A stretch of 64,000 bases of DNA. It comes from Eledone cirrhosa. Lineage: Eukaryota. The translations under genes were made by a program, and so were the position numbers. Positions 23,801 to 38,215 of the stretch are shown here, one piece after another (the stretch's first letter is position 1; each line of letters starts with the position of its first letter). The stretch lies in the NCBI GenBank assembly GCA_964016885.1, contig OZ024740.1, forward strand, positions 80,352,001 through 80,416,000, given 5' to 3'. A model generated the notes under the pieces. It had not been told where the DNA came from. It was given only the letters and a program-made list of their open reading frames with translations, and did no database searches.

Positions 23801-24948
23801 ACATCAATGGTGATGTGGATAGGCTATACTTCTCACGCAAGGAAGGTGGCCGGGGTCTAAAATCAATATTAACAACATATGAGACCCGGATAGTAACACT
23901 GAAGCAACACCTTCAACAGAGGAAAAAGGTTGGCGACCATCTTGCTCAGGTTTATGAGCATGAAAAAAGAAATATCATTAGAATAGCGACTGATCTGGAG
24001 GAGAGATATGGAATAAAGCCTGATATAAATCTCTCACCCAGAGAAATCGGAAGATCCTATTCAATGTTCAAACAAGAAAAAAAAATTGACCAATTTACAG
24101 AGAAAGTTGTGCATGGATACTTGAGGCGTAAAACACAGACCATAGAGGGGATAAACCACTCAAAAAGCCTGGCATGGAGTTCCGACAAGTTTATGACATC
24201 ACACCTTGAGGGATATCTCTATGCAATACAGGAACAAGAACTCCCTACCAAATATCTGCTGCACAAAAGAGGAGGGCCAGCAGCTGACAATAAATGTAGG
24301 CTATGTAAAACAAAGATCGAGGATGTAAGCCACATTGTTGCCAGCTGCGAAAGAATGTCATCTCGCTACTACCTCCCCATGAGACACGATGGGATAGCTA
24401 GAACTATCTGGAACGCACTTCGGAAAACAAAATTAACAACAAACGAGGAAGAATATATTGAGACAGATGGCACTAAGGAATACTGGTGGAACCTGAAAAT
24501 AAAAACTGCCACCAAATTAAAGCACAACCGGCCTGATATTGTAGTTTGGGACCACACATTGAAAACGTGTTCTGTTGTGGAGATCAGCTGCCCACTTGAT
24601 GTAAACGTTGTCAGAAAAATACAGGAGAAGGAGGACATCTACGGACCATTGATGAGGAGCTTACAAATCCAGTATCCAAGATACACCTTTAGCTTCACAC
24701 CCATCATTATTGGTGCTACGGGTTATATACCAACCCGCTTGGACCAAAGTATGACCGAACTTGGATTTGCGGACAAAAAGCGCAGCTCCCTAATTCATAG
24801 TCTACAAATGGCTGCGATAGCTGGCACCTTCAAAATATGCAAAACATTCTTGCGATTCAAGGGATGACAATTTCTTTTCTTTTACAACCTTGCCACCAGG
24901 AAGGTGGCCGGTCAAAAAAATATACTCGAAATTAAGAGAAAGAGAAAA
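20850..24948 (+). mobile_element. Full-length R4/Dong-clade RLE retrotransposon
   Basis: (CATA)n upstream; ~500-bp 5' UTR; intact ORF; short 3' UTR ending gagaaaa|catacat. Confidence 0.9.
21358..24867 (+). CDS. RT + restriction-like endonuclease polyprotein, 1169 aa, uninterrupted
   Basis: R4-type N-terminus (WSYELN..Y..S.P...GFMQRL...W); KSPGPD, NYRPIAC, WLDYQKAFDSVPH, GIFQGDSLS, FVDDLK, YRYLG; CCHC knuckle CRLC..SHIVASC; RHD; RPDIVV..VEISCP. Confidence 0.96.
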   Translation: MAKSTSLLRPNRNYNRCIQWSYELNKELCEAYKQSKPQKFGFMQRLKTLWNSKHPELDFSPKHLNEQAKRIIRCKLIHLTESSDTTNTALVDNHPTSTDRQREWPAKSNSEQLTNNFAEIHPTSTEEQRERSADSSSNCHHINNEAAIHDSTEQTGHRKLVGTLQVIWNDIFQEIHSLNVSDRPYNTRVSKEPTKLELEAVNEIAGNYLKAIRSKGVETTFETLNVLLYVSAVTLLSYNTHLKPRNQDTNRKPEPAWMRNLKTKILSLRRSISHIAVVMKCNIERNFTRHQEDLKKKLERRFGDTKFKTLNSKLHQLKQQLTATTERLKYKSTAHKRQVLNRLFARDPKSVYRSFGGKSSIPVNDTPSKEQVENYWRSVWETDDGFNRQANWLKQLEQDYCQHVQTKQYDIDGSILETALQKMSNRKSPGPDLITGYWLKNFTFYRQDLIRLFTETIKGTQELPRWLSTATTLLIPQNSQTTLAKNYRPIACQNIMYKLYTGCLNLFLQDHCATNNIITPEQAGGKREVWGCIDHLLTNKMIQEKTTKNRRNMTVVWLDYQKAFDSVPHGWIIKALQLAKVPQPLVAAVERLTKNWYTNLILRGEKEQVKTDRIHYQKGIFQGDSLSVLLFVLSLNPLSYLLRKQGGQRSGPRSISHLFFVDDLKLYGPNINDIKKQLDLITQFSTDIKMKFGESKCAYLAVKRGRAVPSSRNLDMNGLTIQPLQSGDNYRYLGQDENVRYDGPINKERTRTEYLRRVKKIWSSELSAYNKYIAHNTYAVPILTPTFGLLNWSLQELSEMDVRTRKLLSVTGNFNINGDVDRLYFSRKEGGRGLKSILTTYETRIVTLKQHLQQRKKVGDHLAQVYEHEKRNIIRIATDLEERYGIKPDINLSPREIGRSYSMFKQEKKIDQFTEKVVHGYLRRKTQTIEGINHSKSLAWSSDKFMTSHLEGYLYAIQEQELPTKYLLHKRGGPAADNKCRLCKTKIEDVSHIVASCERMSSRYYLPMRHDGIARTIWNALRKTKLTTNEEEYIETDGTKEYWWNLKIKTATKLKHNRPDIVVWDHTLKTCSVVEISCPLDVNVVRKIQEKEDIYGPLMRSLQIQYPRYTFSFTPIIIGATGYIPTRLDQSMTELGFADKKRSSLIHSLQMAAIAGTFKICKTFLRFKG

Positions 24949-24954
24949 CATACA

Positions 24955-25440
24955 TGATGATGGCTGACCCCTCGTTATCGAGTATGGCCATTGCACGATA
25001 TACCATTATTAATAATTATTAATTAATTCTATCGTGCAATGCATGTGCATGAAGATATTTTTTAAAGTGAGGAAAGACTGTGCACTGAGCCAATCCCACT
25101 CTCTGAGCGACAGTAGCTATAACCTGAAAAGAAGAAAAGATCAACATCATCGGTTACTACTGAGCCTCAGGTTTTATATCGGAGTTATCCCAGTTTCTTG
25201 AGTTGTCTTCTAGAAGAATGCTCTGACAAAGGCTAGGGGTCCTTTACTCCCAGTGGTTTAACCGCGCGATCGGGTGTGCAGCCCGACTATTTCTATGTCC
25301 CCGCGCATATACATACACATGCACCCATGTATATACACATATACATACATATGTACATGTGCATATACATATTTACACACTTTTGGATGGCCGTTAACTC
25401 TTATGAGTTCTTCCGCCCTTTGTCAGGTTTTGTTTTACAT
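24955..25440. repeat. Second copy of composite repeat A+B (B truncated)
   Basis: Aligns with 7613-8010. Confidence 0.8.
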
Positions 25441-25456
25441 AAATACATACATACAT

Positions 25457-25730
25457 AGAACAGTAAAAATATGTAAAACATTCCAAGAATTCTGCATCTA
25501 ATAACTGCATATATATACACATGTACAGATACAAAGCATATGTACATGCACACATACATCACAAAACATATACATCCACACATACAATAAAATCCCTGCC
25601 TGCACACACATGCATGCATACATACCTACCTAGTTGATGTTGTGTAATTTCCAATGAGAGAGTCTTGTACCTATGTTAGAAACCTACTCTCTCTTTATTG
25701 GCAAACATTTGTGAAATTATAAAACCAGAA
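25457..25730 (+). mobile_element. Short 3' end of R4/Dong family B in (CATA)n
   Basis: Encodes TVKICKTFQEFCI*; inverse homolog of 15943-16207; ends aaaaccagaa|catacatacat. Confidence 0.85.
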
Positions 25731-25802
25731 CATACATACATACACACATAGATACATACATACATGTATGAATTTATGTATATATGTATGTATGTGTGTA
25801 TG

Positions 25803-28800
25803 TTCTTTTATAATTTCACAAATGTTTGCCAATAGAGAGAGAGGGTAGGTTTCTAACATAGACACAAAACTCTCTCATTGGAATTTACAACTCCAGCGTG
25901 TTAACACCCTATAGTAGGTTTCTAACATAGACACAAGACTCTCTCATTGGAATTTACAACTTCAGCGGGTTAACACCCTATAACAAGTATATAAACACCC
26001 TATAAACACCCTATAAAAATGTATATATATCATTCCTTATACGGTACCGATTTTGTTGTTATTTCTGTTTACCTTTTACATATATATATAATTAATTAAA
26101 GGTATCTGTACATGTGTATATGCAGTTATTAGATGCAACATTTTTGGAATATTTTACATATTTTTACTGTTCCATTAATGGATTGTACTTTCAATTTCCT
26201 AATTAGTTGTGTTCTTTCTGTTCCTCTGAAGCCTAGCTTCTCAAGATTTGTATTGAGGCAGTTACTAACATATCTCAGTGCCCCAATAATCACAGGCATA
26301 AATCTGAAGGTGTAATCAGGGTGGAGTATCTGCAGATTTCTCATCAGTTCTGCAGAAATATTCTCCTTTTTGCTAATCTTTGATATTATATTGGCATCTG
26401 CTGGGCAGCTAATTTCCACTACTGTGCATGCTTTCTTCTCCCTGTCCCATATCATAATATCTGGTCTGTTATGCCTGCATTTTATTGGGGTTTTTACTGG
26501 AACATTCCACCAGTACTATTTCATATTAAGTACATGGATGTCTTCCACATTGTTGTAGCTTTTAATGTGTTTATTATCGGGGCTATCTTTTTTACGAACT
26601 GCATTATACAGCGTTTTGGCCACTACATCATGCCTCATAGGTAGATAGTACCGCGATGACATCTTTAGACAGCTGCTGATGGCATAGGTGATATCCTCGA
26701 TGTTAGTTCTGAAGAGTCTGCACTTGTTATCACATCTAGGTGTTTTGCCTGCATCCCTATCTCTTTTGTGAATCAAGTATTTCGTGCTAATCTCCTTTTC
26801 CTGGATTGCAAAAGCGTATCCTTCAAAGTGGGAGCCAATATAGCGGTTGTTGGTCCAAGATAGACTACTTTCCTTATCTATATTACTCTCACTCTGGAGC
26901 TTCCTGGCAACATATCCATGCATGATTTTTTGCTGTTAGGCATGCAGTTTTTCATCCATGGATTCACTGCGATACTGCTGAGCGACATCCCTGGGTGTGA
27001 GTTTTTGATTATCACACAGGAGTTCCTTCCCAACTCTCATGATCTTATCTGTTTCATGCAGAGAGACTTGCTCGAGAAATGGGCTCATACGCTTCGAGGT
27101 TCGTAGATGTTGTCGGAGAGATATGATGCAACATTCAAATGTTGTCTGGACTAATGTAAGGCCTCTGCCTCCCTGCTTACGTTTCAAGTAAAGGCGGTCT
27201 ATGTCACTGTTGATGTGGAAGTTTCCGGTGTTGTTCAGTATTTTTCGAGTTCCAACATCAATCGCATCAATCGCTCGGATTTCGTCTATCGTCCAATTGA
27301 GTATTCCAAACGTTGGTATTAGGACAGACACAGCAAACACATTGTGAGACACTGTTTTGTTTTGCGCAGAGAGTTCCGATGACCAGATCTTTCTTAATCG
27401 GGTGTAGTATTCCTTGGTTACGCGTTCTTTATTACAGATACCATTATAGGATATGTCGTCATCTATCCCCAAGTATCTGTAGCAGTCCTCATCAGATATC
27501 GGTGAAACAGTTAGGCCATTGATGACAATGTTGCTAGATTGGGTTGTTGTTTTTCCCCGCTTTACAGTCATGTATGAGCATTTATCTTGGCCAAACTCCA
27601 TTCCTATATCCTATGAGAACGTTGTAGCCAGGTCAAGATTTTTCTTCATCCCATCCATGTTCTTGGCATAGAGTTTCAGATCGTCCACAAAGAAATTATG
27701 GGTTTGGTTCGTATTTCTGTCCTCCTGTGAGCACATGATGTATCCCTCACATTTCTTGAGCAGAAAGGACAAGGGGTTTAATGACAAGATGAATAATACA
27801 ACAGAGAGAATGTCCCCCTGAAATATACCCCTGCAATATTTTATTTTATTACTGAAAATAGAGTCCTTCCTCTCTGTCTTTAACCTTAGGATAGTAGCCC
27901 AAGAAGAAGACAGCCTCTCTATGGCTTTGACAATAATGTCTGGGACTTTAGCAAGTTGGAGGGCCTCTATCATCCAAGAGTGGGGAAAAGAATCAAAAGC
28001 TTTCCTGTAGTCCAGCCAGACTGTAGTCATATTCCTCCTAAGTTGTCGCACCTCCGACATCGCAGTTTTATCGATTAGGAGTTGTTTAGCACATCCCCAA
28101 ACCCCTTTCTTTCCAGCTGCTTGTTCATCTGTGATGATGTTATTATTTTCACAGTGATCTTGGACGAATAGGTTCAGGCAGGCTGTATACATCTTATACA
28201 TCGGGTTCTGGCACGCAATGGGTCAGTAGTTTTTTTTGCCAAGTGGGTGTCTTTTTCTTGGGGACCAGTAATGTTTGTGCTAATGTCAACCATTCTGGTA
28301 TAAGTGTATCTCTCTTAAGAACTTGTTGGTAGAGGTCAGTAAGATAGAATATCAGTTTTTTGTACCAGTAGCCGACAATCATGTCTCTTCCTGGTGTTTT
28401 CTTATCTTGGAGTTTTCTTATCACAGTCTCAAGGGTACCCTCACTTATTTCGTATGTTTTAGTTGTAGTGTAGGAGCAATAGTTATTTCGGATTTCTCTT
28501 AGCCACACTGCATCTTGGTTGAAATTCTTCTTTTCACCCCATATTTTGCTCCAAAAGGAATCTATGTCTTTCTGTGATGGGGCCTCAGTGACACTTATTA
28601 TTTTGCCCTTCATATCTCTATAGACTGATGTTTGGTTTCGACTGAATCTTTTATTAAGCACTTTTCTCTCATCTACCTTCTTCAGGTATCGGCGTTTTTC
28701 GCTGACAGCTCTCAATTCTTGTTTGAGGGTGATCAGTTTATATTGGAGAGTTCTGGTTCTACTGTTACCAAACATCGTCTCTATTTTATTTTTCACTCCT

Positions 28801-29990
28801 TGTTGGTGAGGAGTGAGGTTTTTTGTGTTTGTTTGCATGTAAGGAGCATTGTCACATATCCTATGTTTTTTCGTAGTTCAGCAATCTTTTTTTCTATTTT
28901 AGTTATATATGATGGTATTTTTGGTGGTGTTTTGTTCTTGTTAATATCTCTGCTATCACCAAGATAATGCTTCACTGTCATTGCTAAGGCATATAAACAG
29001 GCGTTGATTTGCCAAAATGTTGGGGTTTTTATCCGTCGTAAATATTCATCCCCTATTTCGTCAATAACACGTAATATTTCATTATTTGTATTTTTATTCA
29101 ACATTGTCGTTTTAACACGTTCAGCAAGAGAGATATTTATACATGAGTTAATTTCTCTCTGGAAGATTTCATTGAGGGAAATTTTCAATTGTTTATACTT
29201 TTGATTATCATTATCGATAGTATTTTCCACAATAGTCGAGGTAGACTCGGATGGTACACATGGTGTCAAATTTCTTCGATTATTATTATTATCGATAGTG
29301 TTTTCCCCAGCATTCGAGGTAGACTTAGATGGTACAGGTGGTGTCAAGTTTCTTACAGGCACTGTTTCAAGACGCTGTTCGACCTGGCTGTTAGGAAGTC
29401 TAGTAGCATGGCGACTTGTAGCACTTGTTGTTGATAACATGTTTGTTGTGGGGGACTTACAATTAATAATATTTATCTTATTTTTACGTTCAACAAACGT
29501 CGCTTGTTGGCGTAATTGTTTCGCTGTGAAATAATTTAACTTTGGGTGCATTTCGTCCCAGTGTAGCTTCATTCTATTCATATAGCCAATGGAGGGATTG
29601 TTTTTTGCCATTTTATAACAATTAAATAAATCATTATTAAGTTCGCAACTCCAAGAGAAATGCGATTTAAAATTTCGGTTTCTTCTGTAGCTACAACTGA
29701 ATAAAGTTTGATTACCTTCCTTGTTATTTGTCTTCGGTACTTCCTCAATTTTTGTTGTTGATGTTGTGTTCAGCCATGCTGTTTGTAGCAAATCCTTGTA
29801 AAATGAATTATGTATTTAGTCGGATATCTCTACGAATTCGAATAAAAGGTGTTTTCAGAAGGGATAGTTAGAAGAATAACCAGTTATTCAACCTGACTGT
29901 AGTTGTGGCATTACTGTCGGAGATAGTATTCATCTTAAATTTAATAAATAGTCTCCCACGCCAAAATATGCGACTGATCGCGTTGACTGT
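25803..29990 (-). mobile_element. Near full-length but frameshifted R4/Dong family B element
   Basis: ORFs 28793-29791, 28194-28838, 27611-28201 (FVDDLK), 26936-27601, 26516-26923 and 26129-26455 are colinear with the 1169-aa protein; (TATG)n on both sides. Confidence 0.93.
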
Positions 29991-30504
29991 ATGTATGTAT
30001 GTATTGCATGTATGTATGTATGTATGTATGTATGTATGTATGTATGTATGTATGTATGTATGTATGTATGTATGTATGTATGTATGTGAAACTCTGATAT
30101 AATTGATTCTGTATGTAATTTAGATTTCCCACATTCATAGATGTAAAAAGGTGGTTCTCTTTCAAATTCATGAACGTTTTTTAGCAAACAATATAAAATA
30201 TTTAATACTAGATGTGAATGGAATATCTGGTAAAAAGCAGACAAATAGAACACAAAGAATTTCCTACTTATCATGACATTTTAAAAGATTTTAAACAATA
30301 TTCTGTGTTAGTCTAAATCGGAGGATGCCATGGAGGCAATTAATTAAAACTGCGATAATAAGAAGTTTTGTTAAACTTTAGTCAAATAGGAAGAAGATTC
30401 TTGTTTAAGACATAACAGAATGCTCACAGCTGGAAAGGTAATTTTTCCATAATTACTTAGAAACACACATACAGACACGCACACTCATATATACATACAT
30501 ACAT

Positions 30505-30608
<104 letters not shown>

Positions 30609-30734
30609 GAACAAGTGTACACATCATATCCATCTATATACAATCCACACATACACCTCCTCATAAAATATTTAAATACGCCAATTTATTTTGTACTTCT
30701 CTTTATTCGTAACCCACTCTAACATGCATTTTTT

Positions 30735-30916
30735 TGGCAATATCGTTAGAGGATCGGACGCCATGCTTTGCAGCATGGAGTTACGGGCCTTTACGAACTG
30801 AGTTCAAATCCTGTCGAGGTTAACTTTGCCTTTCATCCTTACGGGGTCGATAAAATAAAGTACCAGTAATGCACTGGGGTAATTGCTGGCCTTGTGCCAA
30901 AAGTAGAAACAATTAT
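30735..30916 (+). mobile_element. SINE
   Basis: SINE consensus. Confidence 0.88.
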
Positions 30917-31635
30917 TTTTATTCAAGCTAGCAGTGTTTGTATTTTTGTTTGTACGTTTGTACGTGTGAATGGATGAATAAATTAAAAGTTCGGATTTTT
31001 AATGTAAATGTCATAAGACATTAAAAGTACAAAGTTAAGAGAGAAAAGGGAAACAAGTTTATGTCACTTCTAACGCTAAATGACTAACTGACAATATATA
31101 TTTGGTGGAGATAGAATAGCACATTTAAAGTAGAAGAAATAATTTACGCTATCTAATTTAAGAAGCTGGAATCGTAATCGATAATGTGGTCTCCCGGTAA
31201 GCTAAGAATACAAGTTTCCAATCCCGCCAGTGGACCTGTTTCTCTGTGTTGTCTCAAGTTAGTGCTTTAAAATTGTTACTGTTAAATTACAGATGGTAAA
31301 GCATTTTCCGTGACATAATTTAAGGTCTCTTGAACAGGTGGTGGAAGGGAAGGAAGTATTCTCAAATCAGATAGTGTAGTCGGCTAAAATCAACCAAAAG
31401 TAAGGTGCTGGTATTAAATCAGGTGACGGATTATATCTACCCTGAAGCAGGATATTGCGGGATTTTGAACACAAACACAAATATCACAAGACCGACGTTT
31501 AAACAATTTCGTAAATTCAATGTTCTTGCTTAGCACTTTATTTTAACAACAGCGAAACGATGATCGGCAAACGTGACTTTACATATTTGAAATCAGAGTA
31601 TCGGAACAAACATCTCAAGGTATTTTGTCTTTCGC

Positions 31636-32430
31636 CCAATTTTCAAAAAGGATGAAGAGAGATTGCTCCAATTATTGAGGGATCTCCTTGTTAAGCTTTC
31701 CTGATAAAATTTATGCTAAGTGTTTGGCAAAGAGATATAGGGAGATTGTCGACTCCAAGTTAACTTATGAACAGTGTGGTTTTCATATATATATATATAT
31801 ATGCACAGCCGACCAAATATTTACATTACGAGAGGTCTTTGATAAATTACATTACGAGAGGTCTTTGATAAACTCCAAGAAGTGTTTATTACTTTGTAGA
31901 CCTCGAAAAGGCATATGACTACGTTCCAAGGGAGATTCTGCAGGGGTATGGGATCGATGATCAGCTTCTTGTTGCTCTGATATCTCTATACGAATGTCTG
32001 AGAATTTGTGTTCGGATAAATGGTGCTAAATCGAAACCATTCAATGTGGGATTCAGACTCCGCCAAAGCTGCGTACTATCACCTCTCCTGTTCATTATTT
32101 TCATAAAAAGGATTGACATGCGCAGCCAAGTTGGATGCCAAACGCCCTATCTTCAATTCGGTATTTGTACCAACACTAACCTATGGACATTAATCGTGGG
32201 TAAGAGCTGCTACCTCTCCGAATTGAGAGATCGCAGTTTCGATACTATGGGCATGTGGTTAGAATGTCCCAGTAAAAAATCGCTGGACAGATTTTACGGG
32301 CAAAACCAACCGGAATGAGACCCAAGGGTAGTTGGATAACATCCATGAGTTCGGCTTGTCTCGCTTGGGGATCCAGCTAAATCAGTTGCCCCCACGACCT
32401 TCTCAGGAATAAGTGGGCGAAGAAGCCTTA
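31636..32430 (+). pseudogene. RTE-like LINE RT fragment
   Basis: NY*GISLLSFPDKIYAK, EQCGF, ADQIFTLR, FVDLEKAYD, LRQSCVLSPLLF; degenerate. Confidence 0.8.
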
Positions 32431-33236
32431 ATTACTCTGGCAATTCGCCACATAAATGACCTAAAGTATGTTAATATATTAAATATTTTCATGGTGTCAA
32501 GTTCAAGTTTTGCCAGTAGTCACTGCTTGTATTACACAGATGACTTTATTTACTCATTCTTTTATAAGTGCATGGTTTTCTTTATTCCGTAATTTAGTCG
32601 GAAAAGGTGGAGTCTTGTTCCGCTAAGATGAAATATATTATATGTGCATTCATTCTAACCTTATGACGGTCATTATTTGAAAGAAAATCATATAAAGGTA
32701 ATTTTTAGAAATGCAGCTCTGGAATAGAGAGAGTAGAAAACGTATATTACAATCTCTAGGAGTGAAACGCGTGGCTTTGTACTTAAGGTCTTGATCGTAA
32801 TGACATGTGTCCTATCCAAATAGCACATATCATCCCTGAGCAAAGCACATTATTTCGCAATGCCCTAGTCCACTCAAATGAAATGAGAACCAGATGCAAT
32901 AGCAACAGCAGCAGTAGTTGCTGAGAGTTATCCTTCGGACAAAGTAACGTCTCGTCCATGAAGGAATATTGTAGTTTGAGATGCTTAATGCCAGAAGAAA
33001 CTGGGGTCAATTCCGGCCTGATGATCTCTAGGCTCGAGAAAATTTTTTGTTTTACACATCATTAATTTTTGTAGCAGATCTTTGAAGTCTGCTAGTTCTC
33101 TCCTTTCTATTATTCTCTTTTATAAACGATTGAAATACAGAAGAACTGAAAGTAGTCTCTCAATCTGCTAAACATATAATATCAGATGAAAACATCCTAC
33201 AATTTCAGAAAAAAAGGGACGGATTATTTGATTATA

Positions 33237-33306
33237 TAGGGTGTATCAAATAAAATCACCCGATTGATATATGTATGTAGATCGGAGGACTTTTTAATAC
33301 ACCCTG
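33237..33306. mobile_element. 70-bp Tc1/mariner-type mini-MITE
   Basis: TA|tagggtgtatcaaa...ccgat / atcgg...tttaatacaccctg|TA; CAGGGTGT-type TIR with TA on both sides. Confidence 0.7.
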
Positions 33307-33592
33307 TATAATCCTACTTATAATATATCTGGGTGAAAGATGGGATGTTCACATCTGGAACACATTAATTAGCTCATCAGTCAATTTGATCAGGGATGTG
33401 TTGGATTTGAAAAACCGCAATACTTGATATTCTAGAAAGAGCAACTAAATCTCTCTCAACCCACACTATACCAATTTTAAAATGAAGGAAGTTCTCATAT
33501 ATTCCTAGATACACTATGTCTGAATAAAATACGACATATTCCCGTTTGGACTACCTTAATCATGGATATTTATTTTCAATGTTTATGCGGAG

Positions 33593-33708
<116 letters not shown>

Positions 33709-34587
33709 GCCCTACCCATGATCTTTTTCAACACCTCTGATTCTAGTCAAAAGGAAAGTAGAAAGCATAATCAAACCGGAGACCTTGTCCGACTACTTGC
33801 ATCTGATTGGACTCGGCCAAAATCACTCAATAGCTAGGTGGTGGTGCAAAACCCAGCGATGGATTAAGTTTACCAGAGAGCTGTCTCTGGAATAAACAAC
33901 AAGCAACAGAAATATATGAACAGTTTCTTTTATCAATTAAAGTTGATCAGCTTCATATACTGCAAAAAATGTTGTTACACTCAGAAATGACTTCATATAT
34001 GGTAACATAATTTACACTTTATATCACATATTCCTTATTTACACGTTGCTACTGGAAATGACTGATGTCTTAAGAAAGTTGTTTCAAGTAATTATTTTAT
34101 TATTTTTTCTTTTAAAGTTAAGCAATCCGAATGACATATGGTGAATTTAAAATTTTCACATTGTTGTTGCAACCATATATCTGCCACTCATAAATCACTT
34201 TCGAACATTTAATTCGTTCTTCCTTGATTAGTTATCGTGAAAAAGGGTATCAGTGTCAATACTTTAATCAGAATAGGTTAATATGATTAATATCTTGTTT
34301 AAAATCATTGCACTGTCAATGATTGGAGGTAAAGAAGACGGAAGGGAAAAGAATAGTGTGATGCAGTTTTAAGAATGACAAATCGAATAGAGTTTAGCAT
34401 GGGATCTTGACATTTAGACTATAACAAGAGAAATAAGAGGATGTCAATGAAAAATTGTGTTAATTAGATTATGCAGATGGTAGGAATGTGAAATAGGGAA
34501 AATAGAGGGAAAGAAATTGAGATAGAGTGAAAGAACTAGCTAGCTAGATAGAGAGAGAGCGAGAAAGACATAGAGATAGCGAGAGTG

Positions 34588-34625
<38 letters not shown>

Positions 34626-34979
34626 TGAGAGAAAGAGAGAGAGAGAGCGATAGAGAGAGAGAGAGAGAGATAGATAGAGAGAGAGAGCGCAAGGAAGGGG
34701 AAAAGAGAGAAAATGAGAGAGAGAAATCTTAAATTAACAATGGGCCAAAGATTTACAGGTGTTCCTGAATTTCAAAGATGACATTTCTTTAAAAACCCAT
34801 TAAGATTATTCTTTAGCATCTCAACGGTTTATGGTTGTTGTTATCAACATTTATCAAGATTTTGTCATTTTCTTCAATACAAGTGAAACATTTCTCTTCA
34901 AAGTTCAAGTGATAGAATATTATCATTGACCATCAGCCAAGGACTTTGATTAATCATAGTAATGATGATCATGATATTG

Positions 34980-35180
34980 ATTTCTAAATTAGGCATAAGC
35001 GCAGCAACTTTCGTGGAAAGACAAAGTTGATTATATTAGCCGTAGTACTTGACTGGTACTTTATTTTATCGTTCTCTGAAGGATTGCAGGCAAAGTTGGC
35101 CTTGACGGAATTTGAACTCATAATGTAAACATCTAGAAGAAATACCGATTCTTAACCAATTCTTCCAATCCACGACCTTA
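34980..35180 (-). mobile_element. Old SINE
   Basis: actggtactttattttatcg...ggcaaagt...atttgaactc. Confidence 0.75.
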
Positions 35181-35494
35181 TCACTGTCATCATATTATCA
35201 ACGATTCATTGTTCTTTTTTATTTTTAAAAAAATGTTATATATATTTATAGCAGAGACAAGATGTATTGGCTGTACAACATATTGTCATTTGTTTCGGAT
35301 TGTCATCATCTCATGTCACTTCTTATCATGGTTTTCTCTTGATTTTCATATAAGGGGGTACTACAGCATGGCGACAAACTTTTGACTGAAACACGTTGTT
35401 CTTTTATTGTCAAGGAAATATATTATATTTGGACAATTATATATAGTATATAAGTTGTCAGTAAACAAAGTGCATAGAAGCGCAATGTATAACT

Positions 35495-36369
<875 letters not shown>

Positions 36370-36519
36370 TCTACACTGCGGAATATAAAATAATCGAAAA
36401 CCAAGTTTCTTTAACTGTTCTTTTGTAACTCAATTTTCTCTATATACATACATATATACATATATACATATATACACATATACACACATATATATATAGA
36501 CACATATATACATATACAG

Positions 36520-36576
<57 letters not shown>

Positions 36577-36608
36577 TATCCATACATACACATACACACG
36601 CACATGCA

Positions 36609-36694
<86 letters not shown>

Positions 36695-36954
36695 GTCATA
36701 CATATATACACACACGTACATACACGCACATACATACACACATATATACACGCATACATACGCACACACACATATATAGATATATATATATATACACACA
36801 CCTACATACGCACGTACACAATTAATTATGAGAAAATAATAATAAAAAAATAATAATAATAAAAAAATAATGCATCAGGCCGTCACATCAAAATAAAAAA
36901 ATATACGATTTAAAAAAATAAAAAATAATAAACCTTATTACAACGTTGACAGCG

Positions 36955-37926
36955 CTTACCAATGCTAACTTTCTTGACATTAATCTTGATCTACTTACTG
37001 CCTCTTTTAAACCTTTTCATGAACCTAACGAAAATCTTAGATATATACACAAAGAGTCTTGCCATCCCCCTATAGTTTAAAAAAATCTTATTCCCAACAT
37101 TAGCCATAGGATTTCTACCTCATCTTCGTCTCTAGACATCTTTAACAAAGCCGCCCCTTATTATAATAAAGCCCTCAATAACAGTGGCTTTACAGAACAC
37201 ATTAAATATTTACCCACCCCTCCTCCTAAAACTAACCACAATAATAGGAAAAGGAAAATTATTTGGTTTACACCCCCCTTCTCTCTAACTGTCAACACTA
37301 ATGTAGGAAGGAAATAATTTGACCTCTTAGATAAACATTTTCCTCCTAATCATAGATATTATAAGATATTTAATAGAAATGTAGTTAAAATCAGTTACTC
37401 TTGCTACCCATCAATGAAGTCTAAAATCACTAATTCTAATCGTACGAGAATAAATCCAGGATGTAGTTGCAGGAAGCCGGGTGAATGCCCATTACAGGGC
37501 AAATGTAACACCAAATCCGTTGTATATGAGGCCAAAGTGACACCTTTTGTTAATAACCAGCCAGCCAGGAGTGAACGATATGTTGGCATGACCCAGGACA
37601 GGTTCAAAACCAGGTTTTATGAACATGTCGCTTCTTTTAAACACTCTGATAAAAGAACAGCAACGGTTCTCGCAAATAAGGTGTGGGAATTCAAGGATAA
37701 AAACATCCCGTACTCTATCGATTGGTCTATTTTAGACCATTCGAGGGAGTACCAAAGGGGCACAAAGTATTGTTCTTTGTGTACCACGGAAAAATTTAGG
37801 ATTTTACAAAACTTGAAAGCCACTTCAACTTGCCTGAATTCCAAGACCTTCAGATGTTGTCCTCATCTGAAATCACATCTGATCTGTAACTGGATTGACA
37901 TTCCTACGATGACTCAACCACCTTGA
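36955..37926 (+). pseudogene. Penelope-like RT C-terminus + GIY-YIG endonuclease
   Basis: NFLDINLDL, SCHPP, IIWFTPPFS; ORF 37414-37926 CSC..CPL..VVYEA..YVGMT..FKTRF..CSLCTTE..CCPH. Confidence 0.93.
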
Positions 37927-38086
37927 ACTTCTTCTCTGCTCTCTACGCCTTACATCCACTACGATTTTTATTTCTCTCTGAACTCACTTTCTGTACTCTT
38001 TTATTCTTTTTCTCCCTTATCTCCCTTTGTATTTAAACTTTTTATTATGTTATTTATTTTTTATATATTTTCATATATGTGTATAT

Positions 38087-38164
<78 letters not shown>

Positions 38165-38166
<2 letters not shown>

Positions 38167-38215
38167 GCCGTCGAAACAGCTTGAGCTCTCCCGTCGGAGT
38201 CATACGTTTTCCTAT
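38165..38215 (+). repeat. 3' half of a hammerhead/pLTR (family of 43827-43937) stranded in microsatellite
   Basis: tagccgtc-GAAA-cagcttgagctctcccg-TC-ggagtc vs 43887-43925. Confidence 0.7.
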
